Origin: Bugula neritina
Lineage: Eukaryota; Animalia; Bryozoa
Reading direction: 5' to 3'
Assembly: GCA_964035545.1 (NCBI GenBank)
Contig: OZ037769.1
Span: forward strand, 11,500,633 to 11,564,632
DNA length: 64,000 bases
Part shown: positions 47,954 to 60,945 of the stretch, piece after piece
Numbering within the stretch: position 1 is the first letter of the stretch
Layout: the number at the start of each line of letters is the position of its first letter
Translations under genes and position numbers: made by a program
Notes under the pieces: generated by a model
What the model saw: only the letters and a program-made list of their open reading frames with translations
Database searches by the model: none
What the model was told of the DNA's origin: nothing

Positions 47954-49129
47954 TACATGTAGAAATTTGTCATTACAATCCTGTTTGATTTTATCTAAAC
48001 TTTAAAATCGAATCTAGTATCTGCTTTTTATAAGGTGATAACAGCCATTCTTTTGGAGATTGGGTTTTTAATTAAAAGCTAATAAAGAGTAATAGTTGTT
48101 ATATTTTAATTTATATCAATACAGATTTCAGCATCATGGAATAATTTTCCAGTGCTTTCCAGTAATACAAGATAGTTTCTAAGAGTTGTGTTATTTTCAA
48201 AATCACTGGCTAGTGGTGTCCCCTCTCCAAATCATTTTCCCAGCAATTAGCAAGCGACAGTCTTTCAGATTTTTATGTTTGAAGTTAAAGGGATTAAGTT
48301 TGTAGGCACCTTCAAAACTTTCAGTATCTACCAATCCAATAACTATACGTTTGGCTTGGATTTTATTGAACAAATTTTCCTCATTGCATAATAATGATCC
48401 TGTAGCAATACTGAAAGTTTTCTTTGATTGCAGGTTTCCATCATCTTGGTTGAATTCCGTCTTTAACCTTCTCTCTTCTGATAAACATAGAAGGTAAGCC
48501 ATTTTCAACTTGTACTGTAAATTTTTAGCAGCTATTAGAGTTCCCTTCAAGTTTCAGCTTGACATCAGTTCCATTTAGGACGATTGATTTTGAAAAAAAC
48601 ATGTCAGAGTGAAGTTTACGGATAAATGGAACAGTATTACTATTTACTTCCAGCAGTAAATGTTTTACTGATAACTACTCTTTTATTTTCATTTCTAAGT
48701 TTGCCAGTGCTTATGCTGTTTCTTTTTAAGTAATACCCCCAAAAGCTAACTGGGATTCTTTGGTTTCATTGCTATAACTCAACAGGGTCTCAATCATAGC
48801 TCTATAGTGGTGTAGGTTAGCTGTTAAGGCATCACTGCTCATGAGAACATCGTATAAAATAACATCAACTTGCAGATTGGTTGGTTCAATAGTTTCATCT
48901 AGATTTATATTGCTACTATCACCATTTGAAACTTTTGCTTCCAGATAACTTGATGCTAAATCTGTATGGTGATTCAAATCTCCCGATATTGAGAATTTGA
49001 TAGGATCTGATGGGCTGCTGGTTGCAAGTGTTCAACGTGAAAACCTTCTTCAACAGATGCTTACGTTGGTAAGTTGGTAAATAATTCTATATCTGGCTAA
49101 GATGCCAGGCAGCTATGTTGAAGTGACAT
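47953..49129 (-). pseudogene. Polinton/Maverick (adintovirus-like) major capsid protein, decayed
   Basis: MSLQHSC..IELFTNLPT..IKFSISGD..DLASSYL; YRAMIETLLSYSNETKESQL; AKRIVIGLVDTESFEGAYKLNPFNFKH; YSLLAFN..YHLIK. These are characteristic Polinton MCP blocks, with several stops. Confidence 0.88.
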
Positions 49130-50745
49130 CTGTTTTATAAATATGATGTTGACCGATTTCTTCATTAGAAGATGTCTTTTCAGCTCAACTACTTCTCTCT
49201 AACTAACTGCTGAAGAGATATGGGTTGTTTTTTATTCTTTGTGTGAGGTTTTAGGGATTTTGATGATTTGGCCAGAAAACTGCCACCATTTTATACTATC
49301 ATTGGATGAAGTTTTTCGACATTCATCAACTAATATTAATATTTAATATTCTAATTTAATTACACTTTTTCAACAATTTTCAAGTGTTGCATCTTTAATA
49401 ATTGAAAATAATGCTTCATAATCCATATCCACACTTCACTTGATGCCAGAAACATCTGATATAGAATCAATTGAGCCTTCATCAAATCCTTTATAAAGTT
49501 TTCAGCATCTGGAGAAGCATGGTTTTAATGTCAGAAGTTTCATTGTGTTATGTTTCATTGTGAAGGATTTCTCTATATGGTTTTAACTGGATGAAGGTGT
49601 CGGTGCTTGGCATGGAATAGTTAGCTGCTCTTTTTAGTAGACCTTGAAACCTTTGCTCTTTTTACAGACACCCAACTATTTATAATTATAAAGTTCTCAC
49701 TGAACTTTAGCCTTGGGATGACGTTCAGTGTTCAACTAGAGATATCTAGCAGACTTCACAGAACTGCTACTCACATTTATTTTGTCCATCAATTAAATGT
49801 CCTGTCATTGTTTGAAATAGGCATTATGAATAATACCAATCAAATTACATGGTTACAAGTTATATCTGTACATAGCAACTACTGTCTATTTGAAAGGGTT
49901 TTCCATGTGTATGCATTCGAAATGTAGTAGTAAAATAATAATCCATGCATCACATGTTTTAAAATATTTTTAGAATATAGCAGTGAGAAATTAGAAGTTG
50001 AATTAGAATAATAAGAAATTAAAAAGTAACATACTTTTAGTATAGTATATGGAATTATATTTGTGTTTCACGTCATGACTATAACAGAGTGCACATAACT
50101 GAAGGGTGGAGCCAGATGACCTACATTTGACTTTTTATGTTGTTTGTTGAATGTTGGCTGCTAAAAATAACATGAACCATGTTGTGTTAGGCGCAGGAAA
50201 CCTGCAAAACCCATTACAGTTTTCTTGTGTGGAGATAGAAATTCAGTTGACATCCTTCTTGAGTGCAAAACTTAATGCTTTTTTATTACTTTTATAGCAG
50301 CAACGTGGTAGATTCTATAAAAGTCATAATGAGAATTGCAGTTCTAATTTTTTACCAAAAATGGCAAGCACATAGCTAAAATAAAGACATAAGGCAAGAA
50401 ACTATTTTTTGCTTAGTTGTTTTTTGTGAGTGCTCACAATAATAATAGTTTGTAACTGTATGTTACTTGTACTATGACTGCAGTAGAACTAAAATCTCAT
50501 ACCCCCCTACCAGTTGGTTACATAATACCTGGTGCCATTGATTATCAAGACAAGTCTATTCAAATGCCACACAGGCAACCATGGCGAAATGCTGAGCAGC
50601 AGGCAGGCCAGCAAAACTAAGCCTCCTCAACTAATATCAGAATGTTTCTTGAATTTGTACTAAATTCAAAGCTGAGAGATTAATTGATAGAGTACTTTGA
50701 CAAATTCTTGTAATGTCATTAAAGTTGAATGGCATCCACTTAGAA

Positions 50746-53270
50746 CAGTTGTTCTCAACCCTTTTAAATGCCATTCCTTCCCCCTTTCATGGATTTTTAG
50801 TAATAACCCCTCCCTTTTTTGAAAAGGCAATTTTATGTACATCAAAACACTGAAATAACATAGGGTACAAGTCAATATTTTTTCTATTAGACTTGATTAT
50901 AAAATAATGATGGTAATAATATCATACATCTGGCTGATTTTTGATAGGGCACATCCCCAGTTACTCTGCCTATCAAGGCACATTCTTTTCTCATTTTTGA
51001 TAGTTAAAATCGTAAGTTTAGTCCAACAGTGGGCGCTTGTGCTGTACACCAAAATCCTGGTGTAACGTTCCCATCTTGGCTCACCTGATCTGAGTACCCA
51101 GGCGAACAATATAATATATTGTTCGCCTGGGTTATTATTATCATTGCGGAAGCTACAAAAGCAACGAAATTAGTTAGAACTGTGTGTGTTTTACACAACT
51201 TTCTTAAAAAAACTGATGTCAACATAATTGATGTCAACATATTATGTTGACATCAGTTTTTTTAAGAAAGTTGTGTAAAACACACACAGTTCTAACTAAT
51301 TTCGTTGCTTTTGTAGCTTCCGCAATGATTGGTTTGAATAGTATCCTCCAGCGCTGAGTTAGTATTTCTAAATATATATATGTTATATGTATATGTGCAT
51401 ACATGCATCTATACATACATACATAGTTTTAAAATATCTTGCAATTACTACATAACAAGAAAGCAGCTTGCCAACCAGCTTTACTACTCAACACTGGACT
51501 TACCAAATGCATTCTCAATAACTCTCCTTGCCCTGCTAAGTCTGTAGTTAAATACTCTTTGGCTATGATTACTAATGCTGCTGCCTGAATAAGGTCTCAT
51601 CAAAAATGGTCTGAGGGGGAATGCCTCATCCCCAACAAGCATGAATGGAAATTGAGTTCAGGAACCAGATAAAGCTGATGGATTTGGTAAATTGATGGTG
51701 CCTGAAAACAATTTGGTGATTCTAAGCATAGATAGCAATAACAATAAATAACTCGCACATTCTTCATTGTATAGTTATTGACAACAAAAATACTGTGATG
51801 CGAAGTTAGTTTGTACCACTTTCTAATCCTTGGGAAAATTTTGATTTTGCCCAAATTCCAGCATCATTGTTACATCCATTTGAACCAACATCTATCATCA
51901 GAAATTCGTAGTTGCTGTTGCATATAGCTAGCAATACAATAGAGAAACGCTGTTTGTAGTTGTAGTAGGCAGAACCTGTACTTCTAGGCTTTTGAATAGT
52001 GCAATGCTTCCCATCCACAGCACCAATGCAGTTTGGAAGATTCTATTTTTCTTCAAATCTTGAATAGAAAATTTGGATGAATGTGAGTGAATGACTCACA
52101 GTATACAAATTCAGTCAGCAGTTTATACAAATGAGTTAATAATTGTAACACAGTAGCATAGTTCTAGTGAATACAAGCCCCTCAGCTATTTTTTTCCACT
52201 CTTCTTTACCTTTTGGTACAGCTAAATAAGTTGGCTGTAAAGCTTCATAAAGAACATCACATGTAGCACAAATGATATTTGATATAGTAGATCTTCCGAG
52301 CCTGTAGTGATTAGCTATACTTTTATAACTGCTACCTTCAGCAAGATGGTGTAAGGTGAATGCCAACTTCAAGGTAGGTTCAATTGCTTGACGCATATTT
52401 GTGTCTTGTTTAGTAAGAATAGGAGCAACGAGTCTCAACAAATAATCAAACTTCTCTACCGACATTATAAAATAACTTTTATGCCTAAATTTAGCATTTT
52501 TTCCCTAAGCTCAGGTACAAGTGTACTACAAAGTCCAAATTTATGTCTTTTCAGGTTTATTGGGTGAACCCAGTATTTTCGTTGAATCTTTTTGGCAAGT
52601 AAAGTCTTTTTCTTAAGCATCAATACTTTTTTTTCAAGTAAAAGTATTGTTCTCATTCGAAGTCACTTTGATATGACAAAGCAGCATGTGTAGCCATAAA
52701 AACAAGGCGAGCAGCCAAGAAGTAAAGTTTTAACGCTAACATCATTGGTTAATAAATAATTTTTGCACTCGCAACACACGCACTGTGTGTGGCAGATCAC
52801 TAGCGTGTATTCACGCACGTGTAAAACGCTAATACACTAATATTAAATATTAGCTACATCAGTGGACTCATCAAATTGTATTGAGAAGAATGGAGGCTCT
52901 TCCATTTTAGCAATTACTTTTTCATTAATATCTGCTGCAATGTCATCAATGCGTCTCTACACAGTGTTGTCAGAGAGTGAAGTGTCGAGAAGTTTCTGTT
53001 CAGCTGGTTTACTAAGTACTATTGATGCACAATCCAGCAGGGTTCAATCAAAGTCTCTCGATTGTGTGTGGTTTGTTACTTTGAACTATCCGAAATGAAG
53101 CAACACATGATGCTTCAATAACAGCATGGTTTTGAGCATGAATCCGACCACTAGCATCTAATCTGCAATGTTTTGTTTGGCGTTCTTCAGACTCAAAAGA
53201 TTCTCGACCTCTATCTGCCAATGTTGGGTGAATTTCTGGTAGGTGCGGCTTTAACTGAAAAGGTTTCATC
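50746..53270 (-). mobile_element. hAT (Charlie/Buster-type) transposon remnant interrupted by a Harbinger
   Basis: TIR cagttgttctcaacc at 50746. C-terminal remnant (CALSKIS) near 50930-51000. N-terminal remnant at 52850-53270: MKPFQLKPHL..HP, ASFRIVQSNKPHTIE, SLSDNTVYRRIDDIA, SIQFDESTDVAN. Confidence 0.82.
51004..52829 (-). mobile_element. PIF/Harbinger transposon with intron-containing, inactivated DDE transposase
   Basis: YWVHPIN, MSVEKFDYLL..KQDTNMRQAI, PNCIGAVDGKH..YYNYK..FSIVLLA, VGDEAFPL..LMRPY, FNYRLSRARRVIENAFG|ILTQRWRI, LHNFL, YCSPGYSD. At least 3 introns and in-frame stops. Putative terminus cacgtgtaaaacgc|taa at 52829. Confidence 0.92.
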
Positions 53271-54240
53271 AAGTCAGTTTGTTTCAACATTTCCATGAAG
53301 TGAACTTCTCATAAATCCAAAAACCTTTTTTGAATCTATTTCCAATGCCTTCAGGTAATCTGCATAACTAAACCCAGATGCTAAGTTATTGACATGTCCA
53401 GAAAGCATAACCTTTCAGTGTGTTGATGCACATTTAAGAATAGACTTTTATTACGTAATTGATCTAATAGATATTTGAACAGATGTTTTTTATAATTGAA
53501 ATGTGGTAAGATTCAGGGTTGAACCCAGAAACAGAAAATCTTGAGCTCTTTTTCATGTTCACCAATAGTTTTTTCTAGTTGTTTGACACTTGAATTATCT
53601 TCAAGTATATTGTCATTTAATTTACCATGTCATACTCCGAGTTGTGTTCATTTACAAAGCATACAGGATCTGTAAAACCAGCAGCGTCACTAGTAATACT
53701 GGTTGATTCTAGTCAATGTTTTGTGGTTCATTCAATCGTTTTAGTGTTATTGGGTAAGTCGGCTTTGTCAAAGTATGCTTCGCCATCCCAGACAGCAAAG
53801 TATGGATAATGCTTTCTCTTTTCGCCTGTTATTATTCTATATTCATTCAGCTTTTCAAAGATTTTTTTTAGAAGTAGTTGCAATACAGATTTTGTTGTTG
53901 AACCACATGGCAAAGAATGTTTTTATAGCATTTTATGATTTCATTAACTTTGAGCAATACGAGCATTTATTGGAATTAGTATATAGTCTAACATTCTTGT
54001 TTCAGGAAAAAAGATGCAAGTTTAAAAGTTTTTTTGAAGTTTGAAGTTGATCTTTGATATAGTTCAGCAATTGTTTTGTTTGCTATTTCATCTAGACAGC
54101 AAAAATTGATAAATGCATAATAAGTCATGAGGGTGACATTGTGAACTTGATTTTCCGTTATCTGTTTTGAGTAGATGTATTAATGAAAATAGTTTTTTGG
54201 GGATTCCAACTTCTGTTTGTTTCTCATTAGAACACACAGG
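53270..54240 (-). pseudogene. Polinton protein-primed family B DNA polymerase, N-terminal/exonuclease remnant
   Basis: IFEKLNEYRI..YPYFAVWDGEAY (ExoI-like DxE) and NLASGFSYADYLKALE..YEKFTS resemble Polinton pPolB. Heavily frameshifted. Confidence 0.65.
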
Positions 54241-55019
54241 TCAGCAATATTAGTTAGACCATGCTGGCAAATTTTACGTACACATGTGGTTCTGTCGGCT
54301 TACCTTTGCCCCCTTCATCTTCTGCTGGGTGGCCTCAGTCACTGGTTTTAATACTCTGAGTCGCAACATTCAGGACTACTGGCTTCTGTTTTATAGCTGC
54401 AGAACAAGAGTCTGCGGTTGATTGAGGGGATGGTTCTACAAGGGAAGCCATGTTTCTAAACCACAAGTAGCCGCAGTAACTTGACCAAAAGTTGTTCCCG
54501 TTATCCAACCTGAACTAGAGATTTGCTCATGGTTTCTTTGGAATGGTTGGGTAGAACGGCTCAACTGGTGGGGCAAATGGCCTACTCATTTTTTACCTAG
54601 CTTCCTTCATGTTGGAGTGCTGTTGGGTCCAGAGTGAATGGGGCTTGACCAAATCCTTCCCTACACTCTAAACAGTAACTCATTTTGTAATGACTGTTGG
54701 CCAGTTTTTTCTGTCTTGTAAGTTGGTTTTTGCAGTTGTATCTGGACAACCACAGCTAAAAAATAGTAACGTGCGTATTTATTCAGTAGTCAGAAATTCA
54801 CAAAAATATGATCCGAAATATGTTAATATAAAATTCACAAAATACTCTTCACAAACATAGTCATCTAGTTTCTTGGAGCCGAATTGATCCCACAGTGAGA
54901 CCAAAAGACCAAAATTGCTTAAATTGATGAATAACCTTTAAGCTCCAGTTCCAATAAATACCATGTAGTACATTTAATAACCGGTACATTGCAAGCAAAA
55001 ACATGTTTTTGCACAATGC

Positions 55020-55612
55020 ATCAACTTGTAGCGTTGATCTTTTGTTGTAGCTTCCAGTGATTCAAGAATTTTTCTCTGACCATTTCTGGTCCTTTCCAGT
55101 TCTTCAACGAAGTTTGCTGTAGTCAGCTCCAAAACTTGAATTACCCTTTTCTTTTTGAATTAAATAAGTGAGCCACAGCTTTGCTATTTCAGGGTCTGTG
55201 AGGCTCTGGAAGCTCAGTGTTTAATTTTACAAAGCGTTTGTGAGTCCAAATATCTGTCTAGGGGCAGTTCCTGTTTTATGTGTTGTGCTTTTGTCCCTAG
55301 GAGGCTATTGCAGTCACATAGTTGGTCCTTTTTTCTTTCATATGCCATAAGAAGTTATTACGTTCCTCTTTGGTTTGCAAGTCCATATCTTTCATGGCTA
55401 ATGAACGCTTTATGATGTTCAGTTGTTTCAGATATTCCCTTTTTGCTAATCCAAGTTGAGTATTCTTTTGGACTCGTCCCATGCCGCACATAAGTAAATA
55501 GTTTAAGTTTTTACAGTTGATCATCTCTGCAATGGTTGTGATTTAAAACGATTTTCACATTGATGAATAGCCTTGCCACAAATCTCAGCTTCTCTCACGA
55601 AGTTCAAGCCCC
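55020..55612 (-). pseudogene. Second, diverged fragment of the Crypton-like tyrosine recombinase
   Basis: YLKQLNIIKRSLAMK..LWHMKEKRTNYVTAIAS..ELPLDR..EIAKLWLTYLI..ELTTANFVEELE aligns with 58490-59060. Confidence 0.85.
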
Positions 55613-56486
55613 TCCTATGAGTATCCTGCCAGCAAACTGTATAAGCTCAGATTTTTACATTTTTGTTTTAATATAAAAAATAATAAGACTAAGGCCGGCT
55701 GATTCCATATTTCAGTTGATGAAACAACAGTTACTGCAGTTCCCCAGCTTAAGATGCTATAATGCCACACAATTTTACATTAAAATAATATTTAAAAGGT
55801 GATCACCGGTGTTTATCTTATCAAAAATGATAATAAGCATGAACAATCTCACAACTCGGAAGTAGCATAATACGACTCCAGAATTATAAGAGTTAGCATA
55901 CTGTATTAGCCAGCAAAAACCAAGCATGTCAAACCAGTATTTCCATCAGCAGAAGATATATCTTAATTTCTATCACCATGAAGTCAGTGTCCATGTTACT
56001 CCAAGAACCTTATTATTGGTTGGTCAGGATGACAATGTCATTTGTTCTTTTGGTACATTGTCCAGTACAAGCTGTTTTACATTCAATGACCAAAACGTTT
56101 TTTATAGCGCCATTTCTTACAATACATGTTAGTTTCCCAACTTGACCCAATAGTTCTGTTACTTTCAACAGTTGAGGTATTCCATTGACTACTGCATTTA
56201 CACAGTTTGTCATTCAGGTTTTTAACATAACCAATATAGCAACCAAGCAGTGTCAACTTTCTACTTTTTCCACATAATTTCGCCTTTTTTGTTCAGGAGT
56301 TCATATAGTTTTGTCTTGAAGAATTCTAGTTGCTTAGGTTTTTTGATATATAAACATGGTCCACCGTTGAGAATTCTTGACTCGTAGATCTTCAGCTCTC
56401 CAATGAATTCATTGGATTTGAAAAATGAGTATGTCAGCTGAAACTCATGACAAACGTTACATAATATCAATTTGTTTAAGCTAGTG

Positions 56487-59400
56487 TCAACTTTCTTTAG
56501 ACAGTTTCCTTTTCAGGTTGCTGACCCTGGCTCTGACCACAGCATCGCTCCTGTTTTTGAATATGCTTCTCAGTTGAGAAAACTGCTCTTTGGTTAGGTT
56601 TTTACTGGGGTCTGTGTAAACGCTTTCAAATAAACTCTTTTCTGTTTCACTCCAGTATCGTTTCACTGAAATGTTTATCAACATGTTATCGATAAAACAC
56701 TATTGTATCTATTGCTTTACTAGTAAAAGTTTTCAAAACCACTGTTAGTGGTTTAGGCATCATACAGCCACCACTACAAATTATGTATGCAGCTTGTTAA
56801 ATTTATGGGCTTTGAAAGTCCGCCATTTAAAAATTGTTTCAACAGCAAAAGACTTTAAACGATATTTACCTCTTTTAGACTTGGCAATTGCTTCAGTATC
56901 TGATAGTGATGTATCTAAAAAAAGTTTTAAAATATAAGTGAGGAACTACATTTACACTTAGGCAGCCTATTTCTGACATCATATGTATACTTTTGCAAAT
57001 TATCGCAGTTGTCTCGCGAGTCTGGTTATCAAAATCTTTCTAACTTACATTAACTTGCATAAACTTAACTCCTGCAATATGACAGTCTGTTTCGTCATTT
57101 CTGGCAAGTCTCACGTCGGCAGATGGCTGCTCTTCTATCAATTCTATAATATTTAAAACACTCTTGATAGTTTATGGGGACTATTATATATACTTAGCAT
57201 CTCAAAATACTTCTACAATTTACAATTTTTAGATGAATAATGCATGCATGGCATTAAAGTACAAAAGTAATCCTTGCAAATGCACTTGAGTTTTTTATTT
57301 AGCAAAATCTAAGAGCCTAAATATATGGTTCGTAGCTGTATTGTTGAGGATATGTTAATTTACCATTTGCAGGAACCTCTATTTTGTCTAGATGCCTTGC
57401 TTCCGCAGTCTTCGTAATGCCTCCATTTTCAATCGCCATTAAAATGTTTGCTACTTTTGTTTTTTCAATCAAATTAGATTGGAGCTTATATACTGAAGTG
57501 TGTATGTTCATTGAGTGACCCATATGATCAGCCATCATCTCTAGTTCATTTTTGTCAAGATTTTTGGTCCAAAATTAAAATATTTTGGCTATTGAGCTGC
57601 AATACAACAAAAGTCCGATTTGCAAAGTATATTAGAAAATTAGATGCATAAGAATTAGTGGCAAGCTCATAAAATTTACTTTACCATACATTGATATGAC
57701 TGTATTGTATAATCTGTTACTTTAATGTGCTAATCTGTGTGTGGTTTTTGCTAATGTAAAAGATATAAATGAAAATGAAACTAGATAACCAACCTGACAC
57801 ATTGTTGCCAGAAACTTTCTCAATTTTTGCGCGTGCAAAAGGTCTGGGTGCTCAAAACTAAAACTCGGGTAGCTGCCCACAACTTCCTTTATTACTGCTG
57901 TACCAGAAGGAGGCCAGGTTGAGTATTGGCTACAGCTATAAAATAAGTTTTTTATGAAAGTTATAAAATGAGCACAATTTTTAATGAATAGTGTGTTAAA
58001 AGTTAAAATAGGTACATCATGTAAGGTGTAAACACTATGTATTTGAGAATTTATAACTTACTAACAAGCTTAAAAATTATATAGTGCTTTAGAAGCAGTA
58101 AACTTAAATTCCTCTTGTTGCATTTATAGAAATGCAAAATAAAGTTGAAACAAAAATGTTCATTTAGGTCTATACATTTAAAATTATTTGTACTTAATAT
58201 AAAAGTGCTGATAATAATTCTCAATTGTGTTACCTTTCAAACAGAAATTGATGGTTTAGGCAAGATAGATTCTTGGGTGGGTTAATCAGGAACTCGGGGA
58301 TCAAAATGAATACTTTCCGTAGAGGCCCTGTTGACTTTCCTCTAACCTCTATTGCTTTCAACTTAAAACAATTGCAATTTCAAAATTAAAGTTTTCAGTT
58401 TGCAGATGTTAAATTGCTAACAATAATTTAAAATCAGTCCACAAATTTGTATGATAGCTTTGACAGAATAACTAAATAGATATTAACCTTGTAGCATTGA
58501 TTTTTTCGGTTGCATCCAATATTGCAAGAATTTTCTGATGGTCCTCTTGGGTCTTTTCTAGCTCTTCTAAAAAGTTTCTTGTTGTCAGCTCTGCGACTTT
58601 CATAGGTCTTCTTTAGTTGAACAAAATTAGATACGTGAGGCAGAGCTTTGCTATTTCAAATGGTGTGAAGCTCTAAAAGTCCAGTAACTTCTTTTTTAAG
58701 AAGTTGGTTAGAGTGTTCAAGTCCCTGTCTAGAGGAAGTTCTTGAGATTTGTTCAATGTATTCAATTTTTGTCTCTTTGACGCAATTGCTGCTACATAAT
58801 TAGTCCACTTTTGCTTCATGTGCCACAACAAGTCATCACAGTCTTCTTTCATTTGAGAATCCTTTGCTTTCATAGCAAATGAATGTTTTATAATGTTGAG
58901 CTGCTTCAAGTACCCACCCATTGTTAACCCAATTTGCTTATTGTCCATTGACATTTCTCTTGCGGCACAAAGTAGAGGATCAAAATGCTTACAATCTAAC
59001 ATTTCTGATATGGTATTAACCCTGCAGCGATTTTGAACATCGATGAAAAATCTCACCACGAATTTAAGTTTCCCTCAGACAAAGTTGAGTTCTGCTGTAC
59101 CAGGTGTCTCGATGTCTTGTCGCCCATTCTTATTAGCAGGCCCTTTCCTAGCTCTCACATGAGAGGATCAGTTTTTATAACTTTGTACAATCCTACATTA
59201 AATGAAAGAAATTGTGTCATAATGTGAACAGCAATTGCTTAAATTAATAAATAAAGTTTAAGCATCAGTTTGATTGAACGCCAGATAGTACAATTATTCT
59301 CAGTTTTGCACAATAAATAAACTCTAGCAGTATTATGGGCTATAGTTCAAACATGTTAAGCTATATATACTTGCATTTATTTTATTTATGAAAGAAATTC

Positions 59401-60115
59401 AACATTAGTTTCTACTAATCTGCTACCTACTCACTAGATACACCTCACAAAGCTTTAATACAATGACAAAATTCAAGAACTTGTACAAACCGATCTCTTT
59501 AGCTTCTAAGGTTTAAAACAAAGTTGAAAAGGCAATTATACGTTTGCTTATAAAAATTCCTAGATTTAATTTATGGCTCACAAAATCCCGGAGGTGTAAA
59601 AACACCTTTAGTCTGACATGCTAATAATAAACAATTAATGTTAAAAACATTTTTAATAAGTATTAATTATTTATCTTTACCTGGATTCGATTGTGTTCTG
59701 CTTAGCTCACTCACCAGCTCTGCCCAAATTTGTTCGTCTTCAGTGGTTGTAGTAAAATGGCTATACAACAGTGGCCTGCCGGTTTTTGCTGCAGCTTCAA
59801 ACAATATTCCTCTGATTTAGTATCTAAAGTGAAAGTAAAACCATTTCAAAGTGGTATTATCACTGTATCAACAAGATGCTGCATCAAAAAGCTTGTAAAC
59901 TCCCCTCATTGTGGTCAATGTGGCCTTAATTTCATTCTATACCCATCTTCTTCTTGCTAGTTTTTATGCTTCTTTACCATGCCCATGCATTTGCACACAT
60001 TGCAGATTTGTATCGGTGAAATATTTTTGATTTCATGGGTTTTTTGTAGACATATCAATAATCAATTTTTGAGTACACTTTTTACAACCCCTCTTGTGAA
60101 CAAGCTCACTTTTCT
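56487..60115 (-). mobile_element. Crypton-like (CryptonV-type) tyrosine recombinase gene, spliced, with C-terminal Myb/SANT-like domain; pseudogenised
   Basis: Exons give LILFN*RRPMKV (catalytic R), EVRGKSTG (K), HAQKLRKFLATMCQ (xxLR), ADHMGHSMNIHTSVY (H..Y), then RYWSETEK..RSDAVVRARVSN (Myb-like). GT-AG introns between blocks and several stops. Confidence 0.8.
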
Positions 60116-60245
60116 ACAACCAAAAAGAAAAAAATACTATTTTGTTCTCAAGTCTGATTCACCAAAAATGTTTGCATAGTTTTCATTATATGTAAGGGAT
60201 ATATCTTTTGTAGGCATCTTTAGTTGTTTATTTATACCTTTTGTG

Positions 60246-60945
60246 CTAAACTCTTGCTAAACTCTCGCTGGAAATCAACCTGGCCTGATTGATGTACAGC
60301 AGCAGTTGATCAGTCTGCAGCACGAACTCCACACCATCTAAGTATTGTAGATACTTCTTGACAGCCCATACCACACCTAGGCACTTCTCTATGGCTGAGT
60401 AGTTTCTCTCTCGATCGAGTAATTTTCTGCTTGCATAACCTACTGGTAACAGTTTTCCATCCTGAGGTTGCATCAGCACTGCCCCTAGCCGACATCTGAT
60501 GCATCAGTCCCTAGCACAAATTGTTTGTGTACATCTGGTAGTTTTAGAATTGGTGCACTTGTCAGCATTGTCTTCAAGCTAGTGTATGTCTTTCCTGCGG
60601 TTCCTGCCATCTGACCTTTTTTTGGTTCTCCCTTTTTTTTGTCAAATCTGTTAGTGAATTTGCTATAGTTGAATAATGTGGAATATACTCTCTGTAATAA
60701 CCAGTAAGTCCGATAAACGATCTTACTTGCGTCTTATTAGTTGGCCTTGGTGCAGCCCTAATTTTCTCGATATTGTCATCCATAGGTTTAATTCCAGCCC
60801 AGCAAAGTTTATGTCCGGTGAACTCCACATTTGTTCCTCCTATTCTACCCTTATTTGGTCTAAGAGTAAATCCTGCTGTAGCAAGTCGACTGAAAACTTC
60901 TGTTAGCAGTTTAGTGTGTTCTTATGGGAATTCGTTTTACAATCT
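60246..60945 (-). mobile_element. Ty3/Gypsy retrotransposon fragment (RT C-terminus and RNase H)
   Basis: EFTGH..PRPTNKTQVRSFIGLTGYYREYIPHYSTIA..LTDLTKK; LTSAPILKLPD..FVLGTDASDVGLGAVLMQ..PVGYASRKLLDRERNYSAIEK. Confidence 0.92.

Noticed and set aside
54340-54750. Possible Gypsy integrase C-terminal remnant
   Set aside because: Resemblance is too weak and broken to support without a search.
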